A DNA stretch of 64,000 nucleotides from Scenedesmus sp. PABB004 (taxonomy: Eukaryota), in assembly GCA_014905635.1 (NCBI GenBank), contig JABVCE010000005.1, forward strand, positions 434,001 through 498,000, read 5' to 3'. This document shows, one piece after another, positions 9,782 to 19,803 of this stretch; the first letter of the stretch is position 1; every line of letters begins with the position of its first letter. Below the pieces are notes generated by a model. The model had not been told where the DNA came from. It saw nothing but the letters and a program-made list of their open reading frames with translations, and did no database searches. A program made the translations under genes and the position numbers.

Positions 9782-12700
9782 ATGGACGGCGGCTGCGCTC
9801 CCGGCTCGCCGCAGCAGGCAGGCGAGACGTACAGCTGGGCGCTGAGCGGCGCGGGCTGGGACGGCGGCGCCGGCAGCAGCAGCGGCGACAGCGAGGCCGG
9901 CTCGGGCGGCGCCGCGCCCGGCGCGCCGCCCGACGGCGACGACGGCAGCTGCAGCAGCAGCGGCGGCAGCAGCGACGCCGACCGCGACGGCGCCGGCGTC
10001 GCGGCCGCCAGCCCCGGAGCAGCGCCGGCGCGCTGGTGGTCGGACGCGCTGCCGGCGGCGCAGTCGCCGCCGGCGGCCGGCGGCGGCGCGGGTCCCTCCT
10101 TCTCCGGCTGGCACGCGGCCGGCGGCGGCGCGGCGGCGTCGGAGCAGCTCGCGGCGCTGCTGCGCGCCGCGGCGGCGGCGGAGCAGCCGCGGCGCCCGCC
10201 GCAGCTCGCGGGGCTGCAGGGCGCAGCAGTCGGCGACGGCGACGGCGCCGGCGGCCGCGGCGCTGGCAGCCCCGTGGAGCTGGCGTCGTCGCTGAGCACG
10301 TGGGGCAGCGCGCTGCCCCCCGTCGGCGCGGGCCACGCCGCGGCGGGCGGCGCGCCGCAGCCGGCGGCTTTCAGCCTCGCCGGCGGCACGGTCGCGCACC
10401 CCGAGGGCCTGGCGTCGCCGCAGCCGCCGCCGCCGCGGCTGGGCAGCAGCTGCAGCAGCGGCACGCCGGCGGGCCGCGCCGGCCTCGGCGGGGCCGCGCT
10501 CAGCAGCAGCAGCGGCGGACCGTCGCCGGGGGGCAGCACGCCCGTGGGCACGCCGCTCCTCGGCGGCGCGGCGGCCGCCAGCCCGGCCGACTCGAGCGGT
10601 GCGACGCCCGGCAGCACTGGGGGCTCGGCCGACCGGCCGCGCGGGCAGAGCGCGGCGCCGCCCGCGCTGCTGGCGCCGCACTCGCCGCGGCCGGCCACCA
10701 ACTACCACGCCGCCGCGCCGCCGCACCACGGCGAGGCGGGCGCTGCGCCGGCGCACGGCGGCGGCGGCGGCGGCGGCCCCGTGCCGTCGCCGCCGCAGCA
10801 AGCGCTGCCGTGCGCGTCGCCCAAGGTCAGCATGTTCGTGCGCCAGCTCAGCGTCAGCGCCGGCGGCAGCCACGGCGGCAGCGGCGGCCACGCCGGCGCC
10901 GGCGCGGCGGCGCGCGGGCACGCCGCCGCGTACATGCAGCAGCTGGAGACGAGCGCCGGCGGTGCCGGCGCGGCGGCGAGCGCGGGGCTGGCGGGGCGGG
11001 CGGTGTGCCGCAACATCTCGCCGCGCCTGCAGGCCTGCCACGACGCGCAGGCGGCCGGCGCGTGGGGCGCCTGGGCGCAGCACCCCCAGGGCGGCATGGC
11101 GCGCGCCAGCAGCAGCGGCAGCCTGACCTCCGCATCCGCGTCGCTCAGCGGCGGCCGCGGGGCGGCGGCCCCCGCCGGCGAGGGGGAGCACGACGCAGCG
11201 CAGTCGGCGCCGCTGCCGCGCGGCGGCGGTGGCGGCCTGGGCGCCGCGTGGGCGAGCCCCGCGCCGCCGCGCGTGCCGCCGAGCCCGCTGCAGCAGCAGG
11301 CGGCAGAGCTGCGCATCCGGCGCAGCAGCAGCTCCATCCCGAGCCCCTGCAGCTCGCCCGCGCCGCACGCGATGTGCCGCGGCGGCCCGGCGCAGCACCA
11401 GCAGCAGCACCAGCAGCAGCAGGGCGGTCTGCTGCTCCACCTGCCGGGCACGCCCTCCTGCTCCGCTGCGGGCGCAGCAAGCTCGTACGTGCCCGGCAGC
11501 CCCGGCGCGGCGGCCCTGTTTGTCTCGGCGGGCGGCGCCGGGCAGGCCCTGCACAGCTACAGCGACACCAACGGCCTGCTGCTGCTCGGCCGGCCCAGCG
11601 CCGCCCTGCTGGGCGAGCTCGGTGAGCCGGGCATGGACGCGGCGCTGACTGGCATCGTCGCGGGCGCGCTGGGCGAGCGCACCGGCTTGCCCAGCGCGCC
11701 GCAGCAGCGCAGGGTGCTTGAGGGCGCCGGCGGGAGCTGCGGCAGCCTCAAGGCGCTGGCGCAGTCGGCGCTCGCACGGCCGCAGCAGCCCGCGCAGCAC
11801 GCCGGCGCCGCGCCGCGGCCGCCGCTGCACCACGGCGCGCACGGCCACTTGGCCTGCGCCGCGCCGCACGAGCCGGAGGCGGCGGCAGCGGTCGGGGGCA
11901 GGCTACGGCGCTTGCAGGATGACGGGTCCCAGCCGCAGCAGCAGCAGCAGCAGCAGCAGCTGGCGGCGGCGGCGCCGCACCCGGTGCCGCCTAAGCAGTC
12001 TGCGCCGCTGTGCCGGTCGCCCTGCGTCTCGATGCGCACCGTGCTGGCCAGCCCGGCGGCGGGCGCGGGCGCGTCGCCGCTGCCCGGCCCCGCCTTTGCG
12101 CCCAGCCCCGGCAGCGTCAGCAGCGGCAGCAGCGAGCGGCTGCTGGTGCTGCCGGCCCTGGGCGACTCGCAGCCGAGCAGCGGCGGCGCCACGCCCGCCG
12201 CCGGCACGCCGCTCTCATGCGGGCCGCTCACGTTTGGCCGGCCTGCCGGCGCCGCCAGCGCCAGCAGCGGCGGCAGCGGCGGCAGCCGCCCGCCGCACAG
12301 CGGCCACGCGGCGATGATGCCGGGCGGCCTGCCGCCGCCGGCGATGGAGCTGCTGGGCATGGGCCTCAGCGCCATGGCCCTGGGCGGCGGTGGCGCCACG
12401 CCGCGCCATGCGCAGATGAGCCCCCACGCCGGCGGCGGGCGCCCGTCGGGCGGCAGCAGCGCCAGTGCGTCGCCGCGCGCCGCGGCGCACCTGTGCGCGG
12501 TGGCCGGGCACGCGCAGCGCGCGGGCCAGCTCGTGCCACACCCGCCGCCGGCGCCGCCCGGCGCCCCGCTGCTCAGCCCGCGCGCGGGCCTGCCGCCGCC
12601 CTGCCCGCCGCACGGCGGCCACCCGCCGGCGCCGTCGCCCGCGGTCAAGGCGAGGCTGCACGCGCAGCACCACGCCGCCGGCGCGGCGCAGGGCGGGCAC

Positions 12701-13939
12701 GTCTACGCGTGGCAGCCGCCGCTCGACGCGCCGGAGGGCGTCGGCGGCGCGCCCCACGAGGGCGCACGCGGCGTGGCGCAGCCGAGCCTGCAGCTGCCGG
12801 CGGGCGGCGGCGGCGACGGCGACGGCGGCTGCGGCACTCCGCACATGGGCTGGGCGGACTCGCCGCCGCGCGCGCCCCTGGACGCGCGGCCGTCGCGCGC
12901 CGTCGCCGACAAGTCGCCGTCGTCGTCGTCCGCCGCCGGCGGCGCGGCGGGCGCCGGCAAGCCGCCGGCGCAGCGCTGGGCCTGCCCAGGCTGGGCAGGG
13001 CCGCTGGTCGTGGCGTTCGGCCTGCACCGGGGCCGGCTGGGCTACCTGCTGGGCTGCGGCGCCGTGGGCGTTGTGTTTGAGGACGGCAGCCGCATGCTGG
13101 CCGACTCCGCCGGCCGCTGGGCGGCCTTTCACGAGCCGGGCACGGCCGAGCGCGGCGACGCCAGCGAGCTGGACGCTGGCCGGGGTGGCCCCGCGTCGTG
13201 CAAGGACCAGGGCGCCGCCGGCGGCCACGGCAGCCCCCTGGCGCCGCCGGGCGGCGCCCGCGGCGGCGCCGCCGCATCGGCGCGGGGTCGGGGCAGCGGT
13301 GCGCCGACCGTGTTCCGGCTGGCGCCCGCGGCCGCGGCGGAGGGCGACGACGCTGGCGGCGCCCGGCCGTCGCCGGGTGGCGTGCCGGAGCGCCTCGCGC
13401 GCAAGGCGCGCTGCCTCGCCCGCTTTGTGGCCTGCCTGGCGCACGGCCGGCCCTTCCGCGCGGGCTGCCAGCTCGACGTGACGCGGCTGCCGTTCCCGCC
13501 CGCGCTCGCGCCCGCGGAGCCCGGCGCCGAGGCGGCGGCGCCCGCGGGCGCGGCGCACGTGCAGCACTTTGTTCACCGCGAGGGCTGCCTGCTGCTGCGC
13601 CTGAGCGACGGCAGCCACCAGCTGGTCTTCACGGCCGACCGCGCCGTGCTGCTGGTCGACGCCGGCTGCGGTCGGCTGGCCTACGTGCAGCGCGGCCGCG
13701 GCGGCGGCGGCGGCCAGGGCCACGCCTCGCCGCTCAAGGCGGGCCGCGACGCCGCCGCGGCCGCCGCGCCGGTCGCGGGCGTGTGCGTCGTGCCGCTCGG
13801 GCCGCGCGCGCCGCCGCCCTCCGACGGCGCGCTGCTCGCGCGCGCCGCGTACGCGGCTCGCGTCGTCAAGGGCCTCGCGCTGCCGCCCGGCTGGGCCGAC
13901 GCGGGCGCCGCTGCCGCCGCGCCGGCGGCCTCGGGCTGA
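9782..13939 (+). CDS. 1385-aa intronless protein: ~1050 aa of disordered S/G/P/A-rich sequence plus C-terminal tandem Polo-box domain; no kinase domain
   Basis: PB1-like LGYLLGCGAVGVVFEDGSRML...PERLARKARCLARF and PB2-like HVQHFVHREGCLLLRLSDGSHQLVFTADRAVLLV...LAYV...LLARAAYAARVV match Plk1 PB1/PB2 patterns. Confidence 0.78.
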   Translation: MDGGCAPGSPQQAGETYSWALSGAGWDGGAGSSSGDSEAGSGGAAPGAPPDGDDGSCSSSGGSSDADRDGAGVAAASPGAAPARWWSDALPAAQSPPAAGGGAGPSFSGWHAAGGGAAASEQLAALLRAAAAAEQPRRPPQLAGLQGAAVGDGDGAGGRGAGSPVELASSLSTWGSALPPVGAGHAAAGGAPQPAAFSLAGGTVAHPEGLASPQPPPPRLGSSCSSGTPAGRAGLGGAALSSSSGGPSPGGSTPVGTPLLGGAAAASPADSSGATPGSTGGSADRPRGQSAAPPALLAPHSPRPATNYHAAAPPHHGEAGAAPAHGGGGGGGPVPSPPQQALPCASPKVSMFVRQLSVSAGGSHGGSGGHAGAGAAARGHAAAYMQQLETSAGGAGAAASAGLAGRAVCRNISPRLQACHDAQAAGAWGAWAQHPQGGMARASSSGSLTSASASLSGGRGAAAPAGEGEHDAAQSAPLPRGGGGGLGAAWASPAPPRVPPSPLQQQAAELRIRRSSSSIPSPCSSPAPHAMCRGGPAQHQQQHQQQQGGLLLHLPGTPSCSAAGAASSYVPGSPGAAALFVSAGGAGQALHSYSDTNGLLLLGRPSAALLGELGEPGMDAALTGIVAGALGERTGLPSAPQQRRVLEGAGGSCGSLKALAQSALARPQQPAQHAGAAPRPPLHHGAHGHLACAAPHEPEAAAAVGGRLRRLQDDGSQPQQQQQQQQLAAAAPHPVPPKQSAPLCRSPCVSMRTVLASPAAGAGASPLPGPAFAPSPGSVSSGSSERLLVLPALGDSQPSSGGATPAAGTPLSCGPLTFGRPAGAASASSGGSGGSRPPHSGHAAMMPGGLPPPAMELLGMGLSAMALGGGGATPRHAQMSPHAGGGRPSGGSSASASPRAAAHLCAVAGHAQRAGQLVPHPPPAPPGAPLLSPRAGLPPPCPPHGGHPPAPSPAVKARLHAQHHAAGAAQGGHVYAWQPPLDAPEGVGGAPHEGARGVAQPSLQLPAGGGGDGDGGCGTPHMGWADSPPRAPLDARPSRAVADKSPSSSSAAGGAAGAGKPPAQRWACPGWAGPLVVAFGLHRGRLGYLLGCGAVGVVFEDGSRMLADSAGRWAAFHEPGTAERGDASELDAGRGGPASCKDQGAAGGHGSPLAPPGGARGGAAASARGRGSGAPTVFRLAPAAAAEGDDAGGARPSPGGVPERLARKARCLARFVACLAHGRPFRAGCQLDVTRLPFPPALAPAEPGAEAAAPAGAAHVQHFVHREGCLLLRLSDGSHQLVFTADRAVLLVDAGCGRLAYVQRGRGGGGGQGHASPLKAGRDAAAAAAPVAGVCVVPLGPRAPPPSDGALLARAAYAARVVKGLALPPGWADAGAAAAAPAASG

Positions 13940-14770
13940 GCGCGCCGCGCAGCGGACGAGCGCTGCCACGTGCCGCGTCTGCATGCGCGCTGCGCCCCCG
14001 GCGCCGCGGTGTGTACCAAACTTCGGTTGACTTTCTTGCTGCTGCTTGCTTGCTCGACTGATTGCGCCGGCGGTGCCGCCGCGCGTTGCTTGCGTCGCTG
14101 GTTTGCAAGGGGGGCCCCGGCGATCGGGGCCCCCGCGCGAGCGGGCGCGATTGGACGAGTTGGGGAGTGCCGGCCAGCTCTCGGCTGCGCGGCTGCGCGC
14201 TGGAGTCGCTCCAGTTGTTGTTGTCGGCCGGGCGGGGGCTGGGCGGGGGGCTGCATTTCATCAGCGGCCGGCGGGCACGCCGTGGAGGCGGTTGTTTTTC
14301 ATGCGCGCGGCACTTCACGTGTGCCACGACGGCGGCCGGGCGGCGCCGGCGGCGATGCTGGTGGCAGTGGTGGTGGTGCTGCCCTGGCCAGCCGTGCGGT
14401 AAGCTCTGTCTTCCTGCCCAACCCACTCGAGGGTCGCCGGGCGCGGCGGTTGCGGGCGTCGCGTCGGGGGCAGTCGCGCGGCCGCCGCCGCCGTGGCGTG
14501 TTCCGCCACAGCCCCAGCTGCTCCCAGGACGACAAGGAGGCTCCGCCGGCCCGCACGACCTCCACACGGCCTGGCTGCAACAGCAGCAGCAGCGCACCAG
14601 CTCTCTGCGACCCCTCCCCCCCGCCCGCTAGGCCGCCCGCCCGCGCCTGCGGCGTCGTCCGGGGGGCAGCGGGTTGGCCGTCCGACCGCCCATGTAGCGC
14701 GCCGCCGCTGCCGGCGCTCCGCTCGCCCGGGGCAGCAGCAGCGGCGCGCGCGCTCGCCCGCGGCGGCGCC

Positions 14771-16046
14771 ATGGCGGGCGTGCTCGAGTCCATCGCCAAG
14801 GCGTTCAAGAAGCCCGACCCCAAGGAGCTCGTCCGCAAGTGGCAGGCCGACCTGCGCGCCGAGCAGCGCAAGATCGACCGCCAGATCCGCGGTGCGGCGC
14901 CGGCAGCGCGGGCGCCGCCGCCGGCGCCGCTCGCCGCCGGCGCTGCGGCGCGGCGGCAGACCCCGCGGCGCGAGCGGCGGCTGGCGCCGACGCCGGGGCC
15001 CCGGCCGCCCCGCGCGCCGCAGACATCCAGATGGAGGAGAGGAAGGTCCACAAGACCATCAAGGACGCGGCGAAGCGCAACGACATGGCCACCTGCAAGG
15101 CGCGGCGGCCGCGGCGGCCGCGCTGGCGGCGCGCTGCGTGCGGCGCGCGGCCCCGACCCCGCGCGCGCCGCGCCGCGCAGGTGCTGGCCAAGGAGATCCT
15201 GCACAGCCGCAAGGCGGTGGGCCGGCTGTACGTGAACAAGGCGCACATGATCAGCATCGGCAACGCGCTCACAGAGCAGCTGGGTGCGCGCGCGCGCGCG
15301 CACGCGCGGCGATGCGAGCACGAGCGACGCAGGGCGCGCGGCGGCGGCGGCGGCGGCGGTGCGTGCTGCTCCTCCCAGCCAGCTGAGCCGGCCCCCGTCC
15401 CCGCGCGCGGCGCGGCGCAGCGATGCTGCGCGTCGGGGGCAGCCTGGGCAAGAGCGTGGAGGTGATGAAGCTGGTCAACGAGACCATCAAGCTGCCGGAG
15501 ATGCAGAAGACGATGTACGAAATGAGCAAGGGTGCGCGCCCACCGTGCGCCGCGCGCCGCGCGCAGCGGCGGGCGACGGCGCCGCGCGCTGGGGGGAGAG
15601 GGTGCGCGCGCGCGCGGCCGCGACTGCTGGTGACGCCGCTGCATCGCGCGGCGGCGCGGCGCGGCGCGGCGCGCAGAGATGGCGCGTGCGGGTCTGATAG
15701 AGGAGATGATGAACGACGCACTGGACGGCGCGCTGGACGCGGAGGAGATGGAGGCGGAGACGGAGGAGGAGGTGCAGCGCGTGCTGCAGGAGGTCGCCGG
15801 CGAGACGCTCGCGGCGATGCCCGCGGCGCGCGCGCGCCCGGTGCGGCGGCGGCGGCGCGCGCGGCGGCGGCCGCCGCTGCGCGGCGGCGGCCGCTGCGCG
15901 GCGGGGCGCGCGGCGCGGCGGGGGGCCGCCGGCGACGCCCGCTGCCGCCGCGCCGCGCGCAGGCCGCCGCCGCCGCGCCGGCGGAGGAGCTGCACGAGGA
16001 GGACGAGGAGCTGCGGGAGCGGCTGGCGGCGATGAAGACGTCGTGA
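14771..16046 (+). CDS. VPS24: ESCRT-III subunit VPS24/CHMP3, 6 exons
   Basis: KPDPKELVRKWQADLRAEQRKIDRQIR|DIQMEE..., LAKEILHSRKAVGRLYVNKA, KSVEVMKLVN, EMARAGLIEEMM and C-terminal LRERLAAM. Confidence 0.93.
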
Positions 16047-16451
16047 CCGGGGCGAGGGCTCAATGCGCCGGGGGGGGGGGGGGGTGTTTGCACGGCGCGG
16101 CCGTTCAACGGCGTGCGGGCCTGGCGGCGGTGTGGTGGTGCCACAGAGCAAGACGGCGGCCGTCGCGCGCGCCGTGCGCCACATGCGCGGGCCAGCAAGC
16201 GCGCTGCGAACGCTGCAGCGCCGCGAGCGCTCGGTGCCGCAGGGCGGGCCGCAGCGAGAGCGAACCGCCACCGGCGACCGCCACCGGCGCAGTCGTCACA
16301 TAGCCCGCCCGCCAGCCCGCTCGCTCGCCAGCCCCGCTGCGCGCTGCCGCCAGAGCAGCGCCGGCGCCGCCGCTGCGCCGGCCGCGGCGGCCCGGCCAGC
16401 GCTCGGAGGCTTGCTGCAGCTGCCCAGCGTGCCGCTCAAGACACAGGCACG

Positions 16452-17877
16452 ATGATGGAATCGCTCACGGTGGCCTTCGTGAGAGGGGGCAACACGGCAG
16501 CGGCGGCGCACGACGACCAGCTCACGATCGTGGCGCCGCGGCAGGCAGCCGCGCCCGCCGCCACCGGCGCCCCTCCCAGCAGCAATATTCTAGGCATCCG
16601 GCGAGCCCTGGCGGCGCGCGCGGCCGGCGGCAGGTGCGGCGCGCCGCAGAGGGCCGCGCGCCGCGCCTTTGAAGGGCGCCGCGCCCAGCACCGCCGCCGC
16701 CGCCGCCGCTCCGCGCGGCAGGCCCGCGCCGCCCGAGTCGCCGCCCGGCGGCCGACGGCGGGCCTCGCCGACGTATGAGGCGTTTCGACCTCCCCGCGCG
16801 AGCCCCAGCTACGAGCCCGCAGGAGCGCCCGCAACGAGCAGGAGCCCGCGCAGGAGGAGCGGCAGCAGGAGCCGCAGCAGGAGCGGCAGCGGGCGGCGGC
16901 GGCGCAGCAGGAGCCGCAGCGGGCGGCGGCGGCGCAGCAGGAGCCGCAGCGGGCGGCGGCGGCGCAGCAGGAGCGGCAGCGGGCGGCGGCGGCGCAGCAG
17001 GAGCGGCAGCGGGCGGCGGCGGCGGCGCAGCAGGAGCGGCAGCGGGCGGCGGCGGCGCAGCAGCAGCCGCAGCGGGCGGCGGCATCACCGGCGCAGCCGC
17101 AGCCGGAGCAGGCGTCGCAGCCGAGGCAGGCGCGGCAGCAGGAGCCGCAGCGCCTCGCCGGCGCGCTTCACGTCGGCCGAGCGGCGAGCGGCCTGGGCTC
17201 AGCAGCGCGCCGACGCGGCGCCCGTGCGCCGCGGCAAGCATGGGCTGGGCTTTGACGCCAGCGCCGGCCGGGGCGACGGCGGCGCCGGCGCGAGCCGGGG
17301 CACGGGCGGCGTGACGGCGCTGGACGCGGCGGCTGCCATCCCTGGTTACGCGCGCATGGCGCCGGCGGAGCAGCTCAAGGCGCGCATGCGCCTGGTGCTC
17401 GCGCGCGCGGACGCGCAGACGGCAGTGCGCGCGGCGGCGGCGGCAGCCGAGCGCGGCGCGGGCGGCGACGGCGGCGGCGGCGGCGGGGGCGGCGCAGAGC
17501 CCTGGACGCGCTTTGTGCTGGACAAGCACGGCGAGCTGGAAGAGGACAGGACCGGGGGACAGGCGCTGCTTGACGCAGAGGTCCGGGGCTTCAGCAGCGA
17601 CGCGGCGGCGGACGACGGCGCCGGCCTGGAGGGCGCCGGCGCGGCGGCCTACGTGATGGGCAGCGGCCGCGCTGTCGCGGCGCGCGCGGCGGCGGCGCGC
17701 CACGCCGAGGTGGCGCACGACGACGCCATCTTCGGCCGGCTGTTCAGCGGCGAGGGCCCGGGCGATGAGCCGGTGGAGCCGGCGGGACCGGCGGGGGAGC
17801 CGGCGGCGCAAGCGCCGGTCAGCTCGTGGCGCGAGCGCGCCGCGGCGGCGCGGGCCAAGCGCGGCGCGCTGGGTTGA
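16452..17877 (+). CDS. Arg/Ser-rich (RS-domain) protein, putatively splicing-associated; exons 16452-16633, 16722-17877
   Basis: Long (SRSRSGRRRR)n tract followed by conserved-looking blocks PAEQLKARMRL, WTRFVLDK, AHDDAIFG, SWRER. Confidence 0.65.
16874..17082 (+). repeat. Coding minisatellite, ~30-bp unit (gcagcaggagc[c/g]gcagcgggcggcggcggc), about 6-7 copies, encoding the RS tract
   Basis: Tandem units directly visible. Confidence 0.9.
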
Positions 17878-17973
17878 GCTCAGAGCATCCCACGAGGTCG
17901 CCGATACTCGCAGCAACGGCGGCGCACTGTGAGCGATCGACACCGGCGGAGCTCTCTCCCTCACGCGAGTTAA

Positions 17974-18518
17974 TTTGGTTGACCGGGCCTGCGCGGCGCC
18001 TCGGCAAGGCGCGGGGACTCGCCGGCGCGGGCTCGCGCCACGGCACGGGGCCTCGCCCCACTGCTGCGCTCTGTTGTCTTCTTATCGGCCGCGTGGCAAG
18101 CTTGGTGAGCATCACTGTTGAGCTGTGAACGCCATCAGTACCGGCGCACTGCAACCAATCGACACCGGCGGAGCTCTCTCCGTCGCTCCAGCGCGACGCG
18201 GGCCAGGCCTGGCTGCGCCGCCTGGCTGCGCCGCGGGCGCCTGGCAGGCAGAGCTGCCAGGCTGCCACCGGCTGCTGAGGAGCGCTCTTGGGCCTGCCAG
18301 GGCGCCACGCAGCGGCAGCGGGCCGCTGCGCCCCAACAACGTCAAGGTCAGCGGGGGCCTGCGCCGCAGAGCCGCCGCTGCCCTCCCGCCCTTTCGGACG
18401 CCCCGCCCACAGCTGAACCAAGCGCCGTAGACACGCAGCCGGCGCCCGGACGCGCCCCCCGCACCAGCGCGCCGCCGCTGCCGCCCGCTCCCATCCGCTG
18501 CCGCCGCTGCTCGCCGCC
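17974..18518 (+). repeat. Inverted repeat copy B1 (~545 bp), ending 8 bp before the ankyrin gene ATG; partner at 27764-28312
   Basis: Reverse complement of 27764-28312 aligns throughout with scattered substitutions and small indels (roughly 95% by eye). Confidence 0.93.
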
Positions 18519-18526
18519 GGGGCGCC

Positions 18527-19589
18527 ATGGCGGTGTCCGACCGGCCCAGCGACGAGCCCAGCGATGGAGAAGGCGAGGGCCTCGACGAGGAGCAATGCGC
18601 GGTGCGCGGCGCGCCCGCGCCGCCCGTCGCCGCCGGCTGCTGCTGTGGCGGGCCCCGGCTGCCACGCAGCAGCCGCGGCTGCTGCTGCCGCGGCCCGCTC
18701 GCCGTGTGGGCGCCGCTCAGCTGGCCGCCGGCGGGGCCGCTGCGCCTCGCCGCACCTTGCTCCGCACAAGCGCGCGGGGCACGTGGCGTGCAGCGCTGAG
18801 GCCGTCGCCGGCCCGCCCGCCGCCGCTGAGGCTGTCGCCGGCCCGCCCGCCGCCGCCGCTGCTCGCCGCCGCTCGCCGACCGCGCAGTGGCTGCAGGAGC
18901 AGCTCGCGCACATCGGCAACCTGCACGTGCAGGACGACGAGGAGGACGAGGAGTGGGTCGACCCGAGCGGCGGGCTGCTGCTCAACATCTTTGCCGCGTG
19001 CGAGGAGGGCGCGCTCGAGAAGCTGACGGCCAACGTCGCCGACCTCGCCGCCACGCCGCACAGCCTCGACACGCGCGGCCCCGACGGCGACACCGCGCTG
19101 CACCTCGCCGCGCTCTACGGCCACGCCGACTGCGCGGCGCACCTGCTCGCGGCGGGCGCGGCGGCCGACGCCGTCAACCCCGACGACGGCACGACGCCGC
19201 TGCACGACGCCGCGGCGGGCGGCCACGAGGCCATCGCGGCGGCGCTGCTCGCCGCGGTGGGGCCCGGCGCGCCGGCCGCGCGCGACGCCGACGGCGACAC
19301 GCCGCTGCACAACGCCGCGCGCGGCGGGCACCTGCGCGTGGTGCAGCTGCTGCTGTCCGCGGGCGCCGACCCCTGCGCACTCAACGCCGCGGGCAAGACG
19401 CCCGCCGGCGAGAGCGACGACCGCGAGGTCACGCGCGCGCTCGTGGCCGCGGCGGCGGCCCGCGCCGGCGCCGGCGCCGGCGTGGCGGCGAGCGCCGAGC
19501 AGCAGCAGCAGCAGCAGCAGCAGCTGGAGGGGGAGCAGCCGCCGTCGCAGCAGCAGCAGCAGCAGCAAGCTGCTGCGGAACAGGACTAG
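18527..19589 (+). CDS. Ankyrin-repeat protein with acidic N-terminus and poly-Q tail, 2 exons
   Basis: GDTALHLAA, GTTPLHDAA, GDTPLHNAA, GKTP ankyrin motifs; intron ~18602-18887. Confidence 0.9.
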
Positions 19590-19803
19590 TGGCGCGGCGC
19601 GCGGGTGATGGCTCGTGATTCTCGGCTCCGGTTTTGCAATTGCAACCCCGCATCCTCGCAACGCCGCCTCGGCGACACCCGCACGCCCGGCGCGGCCTGC
19701 CGCTGCTCGCCCGCCGCCCCCGCGCCGCCGCCGCCCGCGCGCCGCCGCCCGCGGGCCGCCGCCGCCGCGCGCTCCCCGTGCGCGGCGCCGAGTGCGGCCG
19801 GCC

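Noticed and set aside
14109..14133. GC hairpin gggggccccg-gcgat-cggggccccc
   Set aside because: Short GC-only palindromes are expected by chance at this composition
17968..17990. Sm-site-like AATTTGGTTG as part of a U7 or other snRNA
   Set aside because: No convincing snRNA structure or histone downstream-element complementarity can be shown by eye; needs a covariance-model search
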